64,000 nt of DNA, taken from Vicugna vicugna (Eukaryota). The stretch covers positions 3,234,349 through 3,298,348 of the forward strand of contig MU059938.1 in the NCBI GenBank assembly GCA_013265495.1, given 5' to 3'. The notes beneath the pieces were generated by a model that saw only the letters and a program-made list of their open reading frames with translations, did no database searches and was not told where the DNA came from. Positions 26,089-39,240 of the stretch are shown here, piece by piece (position 1 is the stretch's first letter; the number at the start of each line of letters is the position of its first letter). The position numbers and the translations under genes are program-made.

Positions 26089-27109
26089 TCCCTTGACTTC
26101 TAACTTTATCGCACACATTCATTATTTGATTAGTTATTTTTGATAACCTCCACCCACATTGTGAGGGTCCAGGAGGACAGCGCCTAGCCTGCTTTAGTCA
26201 TCCCTGCATCCAAAGCCCCTGGGATAATGGACATTTAATAAGCGTTTGGGGAATAAAAGGACAGAGGGAAGGAAGGAAACAAGGAGGGGTAGAAGGTGGA
26301 TCAGAAGAGGAAGGGGTGAGCAACGAAGATAGGGAGGCACGAAAGAAGGTGGGGGGAGGGAAGGAGAGAGTGAGAGTGAGAGCAGAGAAAGAGAGAGAAA
26401 GGAGAGGAGAGGAAATAATCACCAAATCTCACTACTAATTCTCATGAGGTCGAGTTAAAGGTGAGGAAAACAAGGATGAGTTTTAGAAAGTGAAGGTCAA
26501 AATTAGTAAGTGATGAAGCTTGCATTTCAATTCAGGTATTTGAAATCCACTGCTTTCCAGCACAAAGCAGCCCTTGTGGATGCTGGGGTTAGGTTAGGGT
26601 GGGAGGGACTGGATACAAAGAAGTGCTTGGTGTGCGGGCCCGCAGCCCTTCCCAGCCTGCTGGGCGAGCTAGGTCCTTCATGCAGGTGGTAGTGTGACAG
26701 GTACCAAATCAATGGGAACCAGGTTTTGAAATTTTTTTAATGCCTTTGGATTTCATTTTATAAAGCAACATGTAGATGAGATTTCTAGGCATAAGCAGTA
26801 ATATTTAAAATTTGCTATTTTGATAGTAAATAATAATTTTATAGCTATTGTATCATTTCAAGTACAAAAATCTATTATGACTCACACGCAACTGCATTAG
26901 CCCATGGGATTATCTTAAGGGGTAAATTATATATTTGGCATATATCCAACCATTGGAAAATACCCACTTCAAAATGCACCATTATGTCGTTCCTACAATG
27001 CATTTCATGCATGAATCTGAGTCCTGAAGTCAGCATGTTCTTGAATATTGGCTGGCATCTGTGAATTATGTAAGGGCAAGACACCATTCAATGTTAACCT
27101 CACTATCTT

Positions 27110-28060
27110 GTGCATTCATTCCTTGATTCGGTCATTCATTCCATAATTATTCATTGAAACCCTACTGTGAGTTGCTCTGGGAGCTGGAGATACAATTTGA
27201 ATAAGAATATGGCCCTTACCTTAAAAAAACTCATCGTCTGGGTTTGTCAGGTTCTCCAGAAAGCAGATGCAGTGGCAAATTTAGGAATGCAGGAGGTTTA
27301 CCGGAAAGTAACACCATGAAAGTGAAAGGGTGAGGAAGCAGGATTGGGCAGGGGAATCTGTCATACAGAAAGCAGATATGGCACGTGAGAAAGGAAAGAG
27401 GGAAGAAGTTTGATGAGGCAGAGAGCCCCTCAGACTACCATGCAGATCTGACAAAGGGGGCCAACTCAGAGATTTCGCACGAAAGGAGGTGCACGTTGGC
27501 CCTCGCACCGCTGTTATGCTCCGTCATTGGCTGGGGCTGCCGGGAAAGATCAGGGCCTGAGCTTGAAAGCTGGGGCAGAGCTTGAAGGCATTAACAGCTG
27601 GAGGCCGTCAGCTAACTGCACTCCTTGCAGTTAAATAGCAAGTTCTTTCTTGAAGGGAGAGCAAAGTGACGCAACCCCATGGCTGTCACATAATGTGATC
27701 CGGGAGAGGGCAAATAAACATGTAATTTAAATCCAGGAAGGGTAATGACAGGGTGCACTAAACACGGACCTGGGGACAGGAAAACTTCCAGGAAGATGCA
27801 GTATTTAAGATGATGCCAGGATTATAGGTGAGAGTCAGCCAAGCAACTGGAGTAGGAGTAGGTCCAGAGTGGTCAAGGCAGAGACACAAGATGGACAAAG
27901 CCTTCCGGGAGAGAACGCATGGCATGTTTCCGGAGTGGCAAGACCTACAGTATGATTTTAGTACCCTGTTGCAGGGAGAGTGTACTAAGAGATGAAGCTG
28001 GAGAAGTGAATAGCAGGGAAACAATGAAGGTCCTTGTACACCATCCTGAGGAATTCAGGC
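27110..28060 (-). mobile_element. L2 LINE (antisense), split by an LTR16-type element
   Basis: cattcattcc...ctgggagctggagatacaatttgaataag lies before the LTR; ggaaaacttccaggaag...gaaggtccttgtacaccatcctgaggaatt lies after it. Confidence 0.65.
27239..27690 (-). mobile_element. LTR16-family (ERVL) solo LTR
   Basis: ggaagcaggattgggcagggga...cgtcattggctggggctgcc...acagctggaggccgtcagctaactgcactcc...cttgaaggga...ggctgtcaca. Confidence 0.75.
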
Positions 28061-28599
28061 AGCACAACCACCTGCCAAGTGGTCTGTGATTTGAACACGC
28101 AATGACCAACAATTTTCCCCATCGACCTTCCTAGAGAATCTTGAAGACCCCAGGTTCCAACCTCTGGATTTAGGTACCAGTGATACTTATGAAAAGGTAA
28201 CTCTGTTACCTATGAGGAAGAATATAATTCATTATCACCCACGGAAACATATTTTTGTTCAGTATGTTTATCCAAGGCCACCTAGTCTGTTCGCCGCTGG
28301 GGGAGAAATCACAGGACTGATGGGCTATGGTTGGCAAAAGAAAATGTTTAGACCCATGGAACTATCTGCAGCATCAGAGCAAGAATCCAAGGAACCACTT
28401 TGGGTTCCCAGTGTCAGAAAGGGGGACGGAGAAGAGCCAAGAATGTGTCTTGCCTATTTCTAAAGTAAACAGTTTAAAAAAAAACAAAACAAACCCTGAG
28501 ATTTCACTGCTATGATTCTATTCTGAGGAATAATCAGAATAATTAAATTTAAATAAATTTAAAGTTTTTTAATGTTTGCCGATGATGATGGCTGACATC

Positions 28600-28760
28600 T
28601 AGAAGGTTTTTTCATTACCATGCTAAGTGTTTCACACTTGATTTTATATAATGCTCAGAACAGCCATATTGTCCTAAGAAGCAGGAACTGTTAATTATGC
28701 CCATTTTCCCATCAGAAAAGTAGAGCTCAGGGAGGTTAACATGTCTGAGGTCACACAGTT
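28600..28760 (-). mobile_element. MIR SINE (antisense)
   Basis: gcccattttccc...agagctcagggaggttaacatgtctgaggtcacacag. Confidence 0.7.
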
Positions 28761-28989
28761 AATGTGCACAAAGAGGTTAAACAAAACATTATTTTAAAAA
28801 CTGATAAACAATCTACAGGAAACTAGTTAATCAATCTTGGGTATGTGTATGTAAACAAATAGTAAAATAGTTATTAGAAAGATGTTTTCAAATTGTCTTT
28901 AATAGCATGAACAAATATTTACGGTGTGGTTTTAGTGAAAAAAGTGGAATGCAGAATTATACATGCAATATGATCTTCTTTTGAAAACA

Positions 28990-30420
28990 CAGCTTCACTT
29001 TTAAGTGTGCGATTTAATAATTTTTGGAAGATCTTCAGAGTTGTGCAATCGTTACCAAAACTCACTTTTAGAATATTTCTATCATTCCCTTCAACCCCTC
29101 ACCAAAAATAAAAATTCTCATGCCCATTTGCAGTTAATCCCCATTCCTACCCCCAGTCATTGTCAAATCTAATATACTTTCCTTTTCTATAGATTTGCCT
29201 TCTCTTTGACATTTCATATAGATGGAATCATATAATACATGACCATTGCATCGGGCTTCTTTTAATTAGCATAATATTTTTGAGGTTTATCTATGTTGTA
29301 TCATGAACCAGAATTTCTTACTTTTATGCCCTGAATAGTATCCCATTATATGGTTATAACACATTTCATTTATTCACTCACCCATAGGTGGACACTTAGA
29401 CTGTTTTCACTCTTTGGCAGTTATGAATAATGCCGCTATGAACATTTGTGTGCAATGTTTTTTTGTGTAGACGTATGTTTTCTTTCCTTTCTTTGTTTTG
29501 TTTTGTTTTCTGAGTAGATATCTCAGCATGAAATTGCTGGGTAGTATGGTAAATACATGTTTAAATTTTCAAGAAAGCACAAACTAGTTTTTGAAGTGGG
29601 TGTTCCATTTTACATTCCCCTTGTCAACTGAAGAGGATTCCAGTTTCTCCGCCTCCTCACCCACGCTTGTAATTGTGTGTACTTCTGTTATAGCCTTCCT
29701 GGTAGATGGGAAGTGATAGCTCCTTGTGGTTTTATTTGCCTTTACCGAAAGACTAATGATACTGAACATGGTACACAAGCGTTTGCCATCTACATATCTT
29801 CAAAATTTTTGCTCATTTTTATTGGGTGGTTTGTTTCCTTATAAGCGAATTTTGACTGTTCGGTGTATCTTATGGATAAAAGTCCTTTATCAGATATGTG
29901 ATTTGCACATATTTTCTCTCAGTTTGTGGCTTGATTTTCCCTTCGTTAGCAGAGTCTTTCAAGGGGCAGAAGTTCTTACTTTTGATGAAGTATAATATAA
30001 CACTTTTTTCTTCTGTGGGTTGTACTTTTTGTGATATGTAATAAATCTCTGTCAAACCATGGTTCCAAAGATTTTTTTTCTTCTGTTTTCTTTTAGAAGT
30101 CTCATAGTTTTAAGTTTTACATGTAGGCCCCTGATCTATTTTAAGTTAATTTATTTTTGTATATAATGTGAGATGTGGACTGAAGTTCATTTTTCACTTA
30201 CTTTTTTTTTTTGCATATTGACAGCCAATTGTTCTGGTGTCATTTGTTAAAAAGACTATCACTCTGAATGGAATTGCCTTTCCCCCTTTGGTGCAAATCA
30301 ATTGATCATATACATATAGGTCTATTTCTGGACTCTCTATTCTGAACCACTGACCTATGTGTCCATTTTGCCACCAATACCACACTGTCTTGATGACTTA
30401 TCCCAGTAATTCTCAACTGG
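28990..30420 (-). mobile_element. L1M (L1MB/MC-like) 3' UTR plus ORF2 3' end, antisense
   Basis: Minus-strand translation MWYWWQNGHIGQWFRIESPEIDLYVYDQLICTKGGKAI matches the L1 ORF2p WYW...IDQWNRIE.PEI...LIFDK motif. The 3' UTR text (ggaatcatataatacatg, aataatgccgctatgaacatt) also fits. Confidence 0.92.
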
Positions 30421-31817
30421 AAGTGGTTTTGTTCCTCCAGAGGCAAATTGCACACCTGAAATTGTACTCTTGCTTCTTCCTTTTCCCGTTCTACTTTCTC
30501 CACTCCCTTCCTGGTTTGTCTTGGGAATGCAACTTAATAAATCATTCACATGAATTCCTTATCTATGAGTCTTCTTGTGGGGCGCCTAACCTAAGACGGG
30601 AAAACAGTACAGTGCCTAAAGCATTGTTAGTACTCAGCAAACATTAGCTCCTATGACTATTGTTAGTTTTCCTCACTTCATTTTTTTTGGAAGGGAGACC
30701 TTTTACAAAAGTGAGAAATTATGTCAGTTTGCAGCATTCCTTTGGACAGGCTATAATCTTCTAGTAGTATTTAACTATCTGAGTATAATATTTGTACTTA
30801 GTAACTAGGTATAATACAATCTTTGATTGGTATTACAAGAATGGTGTGTGTTCATTCTAATTACCTAACGTGGCTGTCTTTTCTTTAACTTCTGAAATCT
30901 CAAATCTAGATTACACAGATCACAGTGTCAGCAGAAGGACTACAAAAATAAATGAAGAATAGCCGTTGACAATCATGGCAAGGACTAAATACAGATTAAG
31001 ACTTTGAGGTATCAAAAATCAGTGCCAAAGCTTCAAGATGTGTAGTCCCAGGGGAGGCTGGGAAATCCCAGGAGAGCAGACCCTCTATAGCATGCAATGG
31101 AAGCTAATCCAGTCTTGAGGTGTCCGACCTGGCCCCTTCCCAAAGACCCAAGAATAAAGGGATTACACGTAGCACCAGTTCAGATGTAAAGACTATTCCA
31201 ATTTTGGTCTTTACAACCTAGAACAGATGTAACAAAGTAGAAAAGGGTACAAAAGAGAGCAGAGAGACAGTCGCATAATTGGCAAACTGAACCTCTGAGG
31301 AAAGGTTAAATGAGTTTGGTTTGTTTACCCAGGGAAAGAAAGGCCAAAGGTCTACTTAATACTTGTCTTCAAGGATTTAAAGTTGGTATCTGACCAGATA
31401 GGCTACGTCTGCAGGAAACAAAATGAACTCCCCAAGCCCGCCACATAAATAATTGAAGAGTTAGGATGGAATGTGAAATTGAGATTCAAAACAGGAAGAA
31501 TTTCTTGATTCAGGAGTAATTAAAGTTTGCAAAAGTCCACACCTGGTAGTGAAATTTCTGTTCCCAAGGATCTGTGAAACATAAACACAGTGCATCCGTG
31601 AGCAGAAGTGGATGTTTGTTGAACAGTGCCTGAAAATCGAAGAAGGGTCCCATCATTGATGTGCCTAGATCTGTCTGACCTCAGCTGTCGCTGCACCAGC
31701 TGCTGTTCAGATCAGCATTTGATAAGCTGGAGGCTATGCCCGCCTGTCTCAACACTCAGCTGGCTGAAGAGCAGCTGAGAGGATCACCACCCATAACTGT
31801 GTTTTTCATTTACTGGA

Positions 31818-32230
31818 TGTATCAGTTAGTTTCCACTCCATAACAAAACACACCGAAACTCAGTGGCATAAAATAATTATTTTTTTTCAGGTGAGTTTGG
31901 GCATCTTGGCTTCAAGCTGTGGCTGCTGGATTGGCTCTGCTTCGTAAATATTCTTGGTAGAGCCTGAGTGAAGGGGAAACAGTGACCCAGGGGAACGGAC
32001 TCCTGATGGTGGTGGGTGAAGTACAAAAGAAAGAGCAAGCAATCCCCACTGCACAGGCGCCTTTCAGGCCCTGGCTTGCATCACTTTACTAACATCTCAC
32101 TGGTCAAACTAGAAGGCAAGAGAAAGGAAAGTACACTCGGTCTTTTGCAGGAGGCACTGCAAAGATACAAGACAAAGGCTGTGGATATAGAAAGGAGGAA
32201 AGGACTGGGGACTATAATTCTAGCTACCTC
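31818..32230 (-). mobile_element. MLT1-family solo LTR
   Basis: tgtatcagttag...aacaaaacacaccgaaactcagtggcataaaata...ctaacatctcactggtcaaactag. Confidence 0.8.
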
Positions 32231-32509
32231 CTGCAGAGAGAGGACAGGTCAATTTATACAGGTGGCTTAGATCTGGAAGACTTGGCATTTAGGTGCCAGT
32301 TGTTACCAGAGTGGGTCATACTCAGGTGTGGTCTTCCTTGCATTGGCTGAACTAAGCTTCATTCCTCATATTGGCCATAGAGATGACCTTGCCCCTTGAC
32401 CCTGTTTTAGAAGGGGGAGGACCAGAGGCCAGGCCATGAGCCAAGGATTACTCCAGGCTAGAGTGGCATCTCTACCTTTCCCCATCCTCCAAATCCCTTC
32501 AAAGCAGAA

Positions 32510-33060
32510 ACCTACCTCCTATATTTTAATCTGAATTAATGATATCACAATGTACCCAGTCATCCAATTCAGAAATCTGCACTTCACCTTGACTTCTTCT
32601 TTTTTCTTCGTCCCTTCATACAATTTAAGTCCCTTGAATCTACAACTGAAATGAAATACTCTCCCACTCTCTCTGTTACCTTCCTCATTGAGATATTCAT
32701 TGTCTCTCACTTGGGTAACTGCCATGACCCTAGTTCATCTGACTGCCACTGTCCTTCACCTCCTTGGCCCAGCCGCTACATTGCAGTCCATTTCCTTCAG
32801 AAAAAAACAAACTAGATCATGTCAAGACCTGCTTTAGCAAAAGCCAAAAGATAAGTTTTTTTTAAAGGACAAATTCCAAAATCTCTATCATGGCGTTCAG
32901 GGACCTCCAAAACCTTGCTCCCTCTCCAGCTTCATCTCATCTCAACCCACCTGGACTCCAATCACACTGGGGGCCACACATTCTTTAAACATGCCACTCA
33001 CATCAACAAGTTATTGAATTTGTCTCTGTTAGTCCCTATGTTTGGAATACCCTTCCATAC
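32510..33060 (+). mobile_element. L2 LINE internal fragment
   Basis: tacccagtcatccaattcagaaatctg...cttgacttcttc...aactagatcatgtc...ccagcttcatctc. Confidence 0.65.
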
Positions 33061-35359
33061 ATCCTCTGCCAGACAAAAATTTCTAGCCATTATCATCAAA
33101 CATCGTTGTCGTTTTAGAATTCATCATTCTCTTTTCTGTGTTCCCATGGTGCTTTGCTCATCATGCTTTCCTGGTAAAGACCTCACATAAACGTGCACAT
33201 GTCGATTACGCATAGAAACCTCAGGAAGAAAGAAGAGTGTCAGTAACTCCTGCACAGCACAGAAAACGTTTTGGAAAGCTCTTAGCCTGGAAGCTGCCCT
33301 TTCCCTCCCTGAGATCTAGGGTGTCCTCTAGAACCCCTCATACCACTAAATTTCAGTGTAGACAAGGGATCTGTATGGCTGGAACAGACAGCAGTGCAGA
33401 GTGGACACTGGAGAATAGTGAGTAGCCTACAGTCCAGCACTGCACACATTTGTGCAACAGCAAATTAGGAACAATAGCTTGGAGTGTAGTGAAATATAAC
33501 GAAATAAAGTGAAGAACTTCAGTGAAGGACTAAAGCTTGACCCTTGAGAGCAATGACAGAAAAAGAGAATGATAACTCTCTGTAACAGTGTGTCAGCCTT
33601 GGAATAAAACACTAAGCAAATGGCCTAGCATGGGACCAGTCTTGGACACCAAAAGGACTGAGCAGGCAGATACAGAACCAGGACATAAGCCGAGAAGAAC
33701 TAGACCCCACCAAGATGGCACCATCCCCTTGGGCAACACTGTTAGCAAGACTGCTCACAGTATGATTAAACTTTAGTTAGCTCTGCGTATTAGTTATGGC
33801 TTAGTTATTAAACTTTAATACTGCGTACACATGTATAATCAATATGAATATATGTATTACTACCTATTTAGTATATTACATCTAAACTGTTTTGTGGTGG
33901 GTCCAACCTGGCTATTTTATCCTTTTTGTTGTTTTTTATTAAGTCCTGGTCAGAAAACTGTTTAATTTTACCAATGTTAGAATGGACCCAACTCTAAATT
34001 AAAATAAGAACCTAATGGTCAGAGCACACAGGCCAGACACATCATTAAACAACGGGATGGCTGAACAACGTGTTTCATTTTTGGGTGAGCCACATGTAAT
34101 GATAGTTTCTAACACAGTATCTTAAGGTTCCTTACAGTTCTACTTAGTCATAAAAGCTGCAAGACCAGACATCACCTTGTGTCCACTATAGAACCCAGTG
34201 CTGTGTCTGGCACACCATAGGTACTTACTCAGCGGATGCCCACTGATCTGAATTGCATTGGTACCAGAAGGATGCCCACTGACACACCTTGGTCTGGGCT
34301 GAAGATGGATGTGCTTCCAGAAGGGTGATGCTAGGCTCCTCCTTGGACCAGAGCCTCAGGGAGTTGCTGTAGCTACAGCTAGTGAACGGAGCAGAGGGTG
34401 GGCAGCGTGCGTATGGCAGAGAATTCATTATTTCCCACAACACATCTTAGCACATTTCTAGTCTGTCCAGCTTCTGGGAGGATGAATAATTAAAAGGTAA
34501 TGGTATGTGTCCGAATCAGGTGTCCATGCCCACAGTGTTGAATAAGGTGAAGCAGCCTGGAATTTTCATTCTGGGTTTTAGATATTTTTTTTTCTCTTCT
34601 CATTCTTTAGTTAATCCACCTAGCTGGGTGAAATTATCTGCCACAAATTGTAGAAGTAAATTCAAGCCTTTCTATCCAGCACCAATACTTTTCGTGCCTT
34701 AGAGCATAGATTTTTTTTTCACAATATGTAGCATTAATACATGATTTTTCTTCTGCCTGATGCAATGAATAATCTCAAAGTCACTATCCTGTGTTGGTTG
34801 AAGGTAGGGGGAGCTATAAAATGGGACTAAACGCACATGGAATTAGCCGATGAATCCACTGTACCCGTCATTCTAGCTCAAGTAGGGCTGCTCTGCAGCT
34901 CAGGAAACATAAAAAGACCCACGAACAGCAATTCCTTTCATGGTAGTGGTACTTTACGTGGCAATAATAATAACATACAATCAGTCACACTGCCCCCAAA
35001 CAACACATTTATGGGGTAAGATAACATCAGACTGGATCAGTATGAAAATTTGGCCTAATATCACTTGCTTAGATTCAAATGTCTTTCAGACAACATACTT
35101 TAAGATGTTAAGGCCATGTTCTGTGGGTAGGAGGACAGATGTGAGACGTCCTTTTGTGTTTCAGGGGTTCGTTGGAGGAATGCTAGACAGCAAGGCTCCG
35201 CGTGGGCCAGAGTCCTGGACGTTTTGAAGGGGCTCTAGGTATGAACTAGAAAAGGAAATTCTTGCCCTCCGTAGTTTTCAAGTAGCTGAAAGTAAATTAA
35301 AAACAAATACTCCTATATTTATCAATTCCCACATTTTCCAAGATATCCAGATTTTGAGT

Positions 35360-35950
35360 GGATAATTCAGTTTAATAAGCTTGTATTTGGAAACCCCTTT
35401 TGTACACAAGCACTGTGCTAGGCATTCACGGTAAAGCAGAGATGAAATTACATTTAGAAGAGGGAGATCATGTAGACAAAATGCTGTAAAATAGGACAAA
35501 ATGCTGGGGGAAGACATGAAAAATGCTTTGCTCTAGGGTTCTGAGGAGAGTGGCAGAATACCCAGGTGGAGGGAAGGAGCAGAGATTCACACAGCCATTG
35601 GTCATCTCCTCTTTGTAGGCATCAATGTTTGACATGAATCAATGAATGAATCCATGATGTGTTTTGTCTGGGTGAGATCAATCTGGTTTTTAATCTACAG
35701 AAAGAGGGAGAAGAGGACATTTCAGATGGAGGGAAAAAATACGGGCAATGACACAGCAGGAAGAAAATTCACACTGTAATACTGGAACAAAGCGTGGTTC
35801 TGTATGATTGGAAGAGGTTTCACAGGGTAGGAGTGCCCTGAAGTCACGCTTTGTCAGGACTATAAAGTCGAGATGAGGAACTTATATTTAATTCAGGGAG
35901 AGCAATCAAAATTGGCAAATGATGTGATTTGAATAGGGCTTCGGGAAGAT
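35360..35950 (-). mobile_element. L2 LINE (antisense), followed by a MIR at about 35960-36070
   Basis: caagcactgtgctaggcatt...ggaggacatttcagatggaggg...gtcaggactataaagtcgagatgaggaactt; MIR text acttaatctctctaagcctcag. Confidence 0.6.
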
Positions 35951-36496
35951 GGATGTATTCTTGTAGTGAAGCACGTGGCTTTGGGCCAGAAAGTCTTGGC
36001 CTCCAGTCTTAGTGATCCCATACACGTTACTTAATCTCTCTAAGCCTCAGATTCTTTATTAGTAAAAGGGAGATAGTAAGTCCACCTTGAATGTACAAAC
36101 CCATGGACCTGAAAAATACCAAATCCAGAATAAGGTTACCTTCAGGAGAGAAGTTTGGGAACAGGTCTGGGGAAAAAGACATAAAGAGAATTTTAGCTTT
36201 TGCTGAAACAAATACAGCACAAGATGAGCATTATCAATTCTAGATTTTGAGAACATTTATATGACTTTCAACTGTTCTAAATGTTTGAAATATTTTATAA
36301 ATAAGTAAGTCCAACTTACAGCCATGGTTGCTAGACATCCTGTTTATCAAGTGTGTGCCACAGGCCCTGGCATACAGCGAAGGTTTCATAAATTAAAGCT
36401 ATTTCATTATTGTTTTTACAATGTTGTTTGTGCAATGACCTCAGTGGAATAGAAAGCATGGAACGGACGAGAAATGGCAGAATACCATCATGGGGG

Positions 36497-38440
36497 TTCG
36501 GAGGGCTTCCACTTACAGCCAAGATAGAATAATAGGGAATAGATTCGTCTTCCCACCTAAAATAACTGAAAAAATGGACAAACACATGAAACAAAGTCTT
36601 TCAAGACAGTGGGCATCAGACAATGAAGGACAGTGCTCTCAGAAAGATGGGAAACAAATGAGGTGAGTCCTATGATTACCCCACGTTATTTCTTGGAGAA
36701 AGTTTCCAGGCCTTGGAGCAGGAAAGGAAAAGAACTCAGGTGGACCCCAGTGGTCTTCCTGTGTTGAGGAGACAAAAATGGGGGTGTAGGGAGGTCAAGC
36801 TCCCAAGCCCCCGGGCATTTGCAGGGGAGAAGACACAAGAAGACAGGACTCGGGGGAGGGGTGCTGTAGAGGATGTCTCTCTCACATTCAGCTGAATAAT
36901 GAGCAGGGGCTGCATGTAAGGAAATCACTCAAGGCCAAGAAAAGAGTCATCCAAGAGGATTAGAGGGAACAGCCCTTAAGACCTTACACAGGGCCAGAAA
37001 GACTGCAAGCTCCCTCCAGCAAGAACAGAAAACGTCGTAATGCACAAGGCATAAGGCAGAGTGCTCGGAAGGCTTTTACTTCACTACTGGAGAAAAATTA
37101 ATCCTGGACTAAGTACTGCTCTGGTTCTGCCTAACAAAGCTTTATAGCAAGACCCCAAAGAATCAAACCATTTCTAATTTCCAAGTAACTTAACCGTATT
37201 CCAGAACAAAGCTCACAGATATTTATAGGAATATAAAAGTACACAGAATCCATACAAGGTAAAACTCAGGATATTCAGGGATTAATCTAACAAAAGATGA
37301 ATACCACTTGTATATGGAAAACTACAAAACATCGCTGTGGTTAATTTAAGCAGACTTGATAAATGGAGAGACATAGTCTGCCCATGGATCTGAAGGCTTG
37401 TTATTCTAATACACCTGTTTTCTCCAAGGTGATCTACAGATACAGTGCAATCCCAGTCAAAATCCACAAAATTTGTATGAAAATGCAACAGACCTAGAAT
37501 AGCCAGTTCTTTCAAAATGAAGAACAAACCTTACACTTCTTGGTCTCCAGGCCTATGATGAAGTTACAGTAATCAATGTTATATTGACACCCTCGTAGAC
37601 AAACTGATCAATGGTACAAAATAGAGGGTAGAGTGACTCACAGATATATGGTCGATTGAGTTCAACAGAGCAGAGAAAGAGTTTCATTATAGTTTCCAAG
37701 AAATGGTGTAGGACATTGTGCTATCCACATGAAAAGAGAAAAAAAGGAATTTTGATCTATACCCCAAGCTACATACAAGAATTGACTGAAGATACACCAG
37801 AGACCTAAATGTGAAGCCTGTACCTATAAAACTTTGGGAAGGAAACATAGAAGAAAATCTTCATCATCTTGAATTAAGAAAAAATGTATTAGATACAACA
37901 CCACAAGCGTGATCTATAAAAGAAAAAAAATAAATTGGACTCCATCGGAATTATGAGCTTCTGTTCAAAAGCACCATGATGAGAATCAAAAGACAAGTCA
38001 TGGGCAGGGAGAAAATATTTGCAGATCAGATATCTGGCAAAGAGCTCATATCCAGGATACATACAAAGAGCCCTCAAATGTAGTAGTAACAATAACAATA
38101 ACAACAGCAATAATAGCAATAATAATAATAATAAATTTGTTTAATAAGTAAATTAACATTTTAGCAAAAGAAAACATTTTGCTTCACAAAAGAACACAAT
38201 AGCAAATAATCCCAGGAAAAGATCAATATCATTCTAAAATGTGCCAAATAACCTTTGGTAACAGGAAGCAGTTGGTGGTTGACTGGGATGGGAAGGACAT
38301 CCCAGCTGGGAAGGAGAGCCTGAGGCAGTCTCTCAGGGTTATGGTTATGTTCACTATCTTGCGTGTTTCGTGGATAGAGTCAAAATTGATCAAATTAAAG
38401 AGCTTATTGTATGTCAGTTGTATCTCAATAAAGCTAATGG
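36497..38440 (+). mobile_element. Old L1 (L1MD-like) with its 5' end joined to ORF2 3'-half fragments and a 3' UTR
   Basis: cttccacttacagccaagatag start and L1MD-type 5' region to about 37280. Then attaatctaacaaaagatg...gaaaactacaaaacatcgctg (mid ORF2), tctacagatacagtgcaatcccagtcaaaatcc, and gttgtatctcaataaagct at the 3' end. Confidence 0.8.
38080..38135. repeat. Compound (TAG/AAC/AAT)n microsatellite inside L1
   Basis: tagtagtaacaataacaataacaacagcaataatagcaataataataataataaat. Confidence 0.85.
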
Positions 38441-38489
38441 CACAATTACAGAGAATGTGCTCTTGAGGGCAGGAAAGAAAAGGAAGAAA

Positions 38490-39240
38490 ACAAAGATGAC
38501 TCCAAGATAATGTCAAGGTTTCAACTCTGAGTGGCTGATGAAGATGGTGAGTCCATCTAAGAGAAGCGAGAGGGGAGAGACACTGGTAGAAGACGATGAT
38601 AAGTTCTTTTTGGGACACGCTGACTTTGAGATCTGTTGGGGATATACAGGTGGAATCTGGTCTAGACTTTCTGAGGGTCACGGGCTGCAGATAAGGATGT
38701 TGAGACCCCTTTACCTACTTTATAATAAAGTGATTATTGGATTCCTGCAAATGGATGAGATTACTAAGGTGAAATGGAAGTGCATGAAACTTGGAGGAAT
38801 TCCTACAATACAGGGTAGAGGATGAGGAAAGACTAAAAGTGACATGGAGGCAAAGGTTGGTAAGGTAGGAAATGCAGTATTAATTGAAGTCACAAATTCA
38901 CGTCTTGAAAGGGGCTCAAAGATTAGTCACTAGCATCAACCGCATCATCATCATTAAAGTTGAGGAGGAGGAGGACTGAGAAAAAGGTCATAGATTATTA
39001 GTATCTGAGTTGAAAAAAACAAACACAGAACAAAAGCAGAAAACCCTGCTTTGATAGGATTTTTAGAGACCAAAGCCTGCTTTTGTGGGGTAAGATACAG
39101 TGGGCTTAAATAGACAGGCATACATAACCTTTATTATTTTTTAAGAATATAGATGGCAAGTAGTTTGTGGAGATCCAGGGTCAATGAAAGTATTTTCTCC
39201 TAGAGTTTGGATAATGTGAGCATGCTTTTAGAGGGGAGAA
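38490..39240 (-). mobile_element. L2 LINE (antisense)
   Basis: gatgactccaag...gggacacgctgactttgagatctgttgggga...gcaaatggatgagattactaagg. Confidence 0.65.

Noticed and set aside
26260-26420. Purine-rich tract (a similar one at 59150-59380) as H-DNA or coding sequence
   Set aside because: Low-complexity GA-rich sequence adjoining L2 tails. No clear mirror symmetry, and the ORFs are compositional artefacts.
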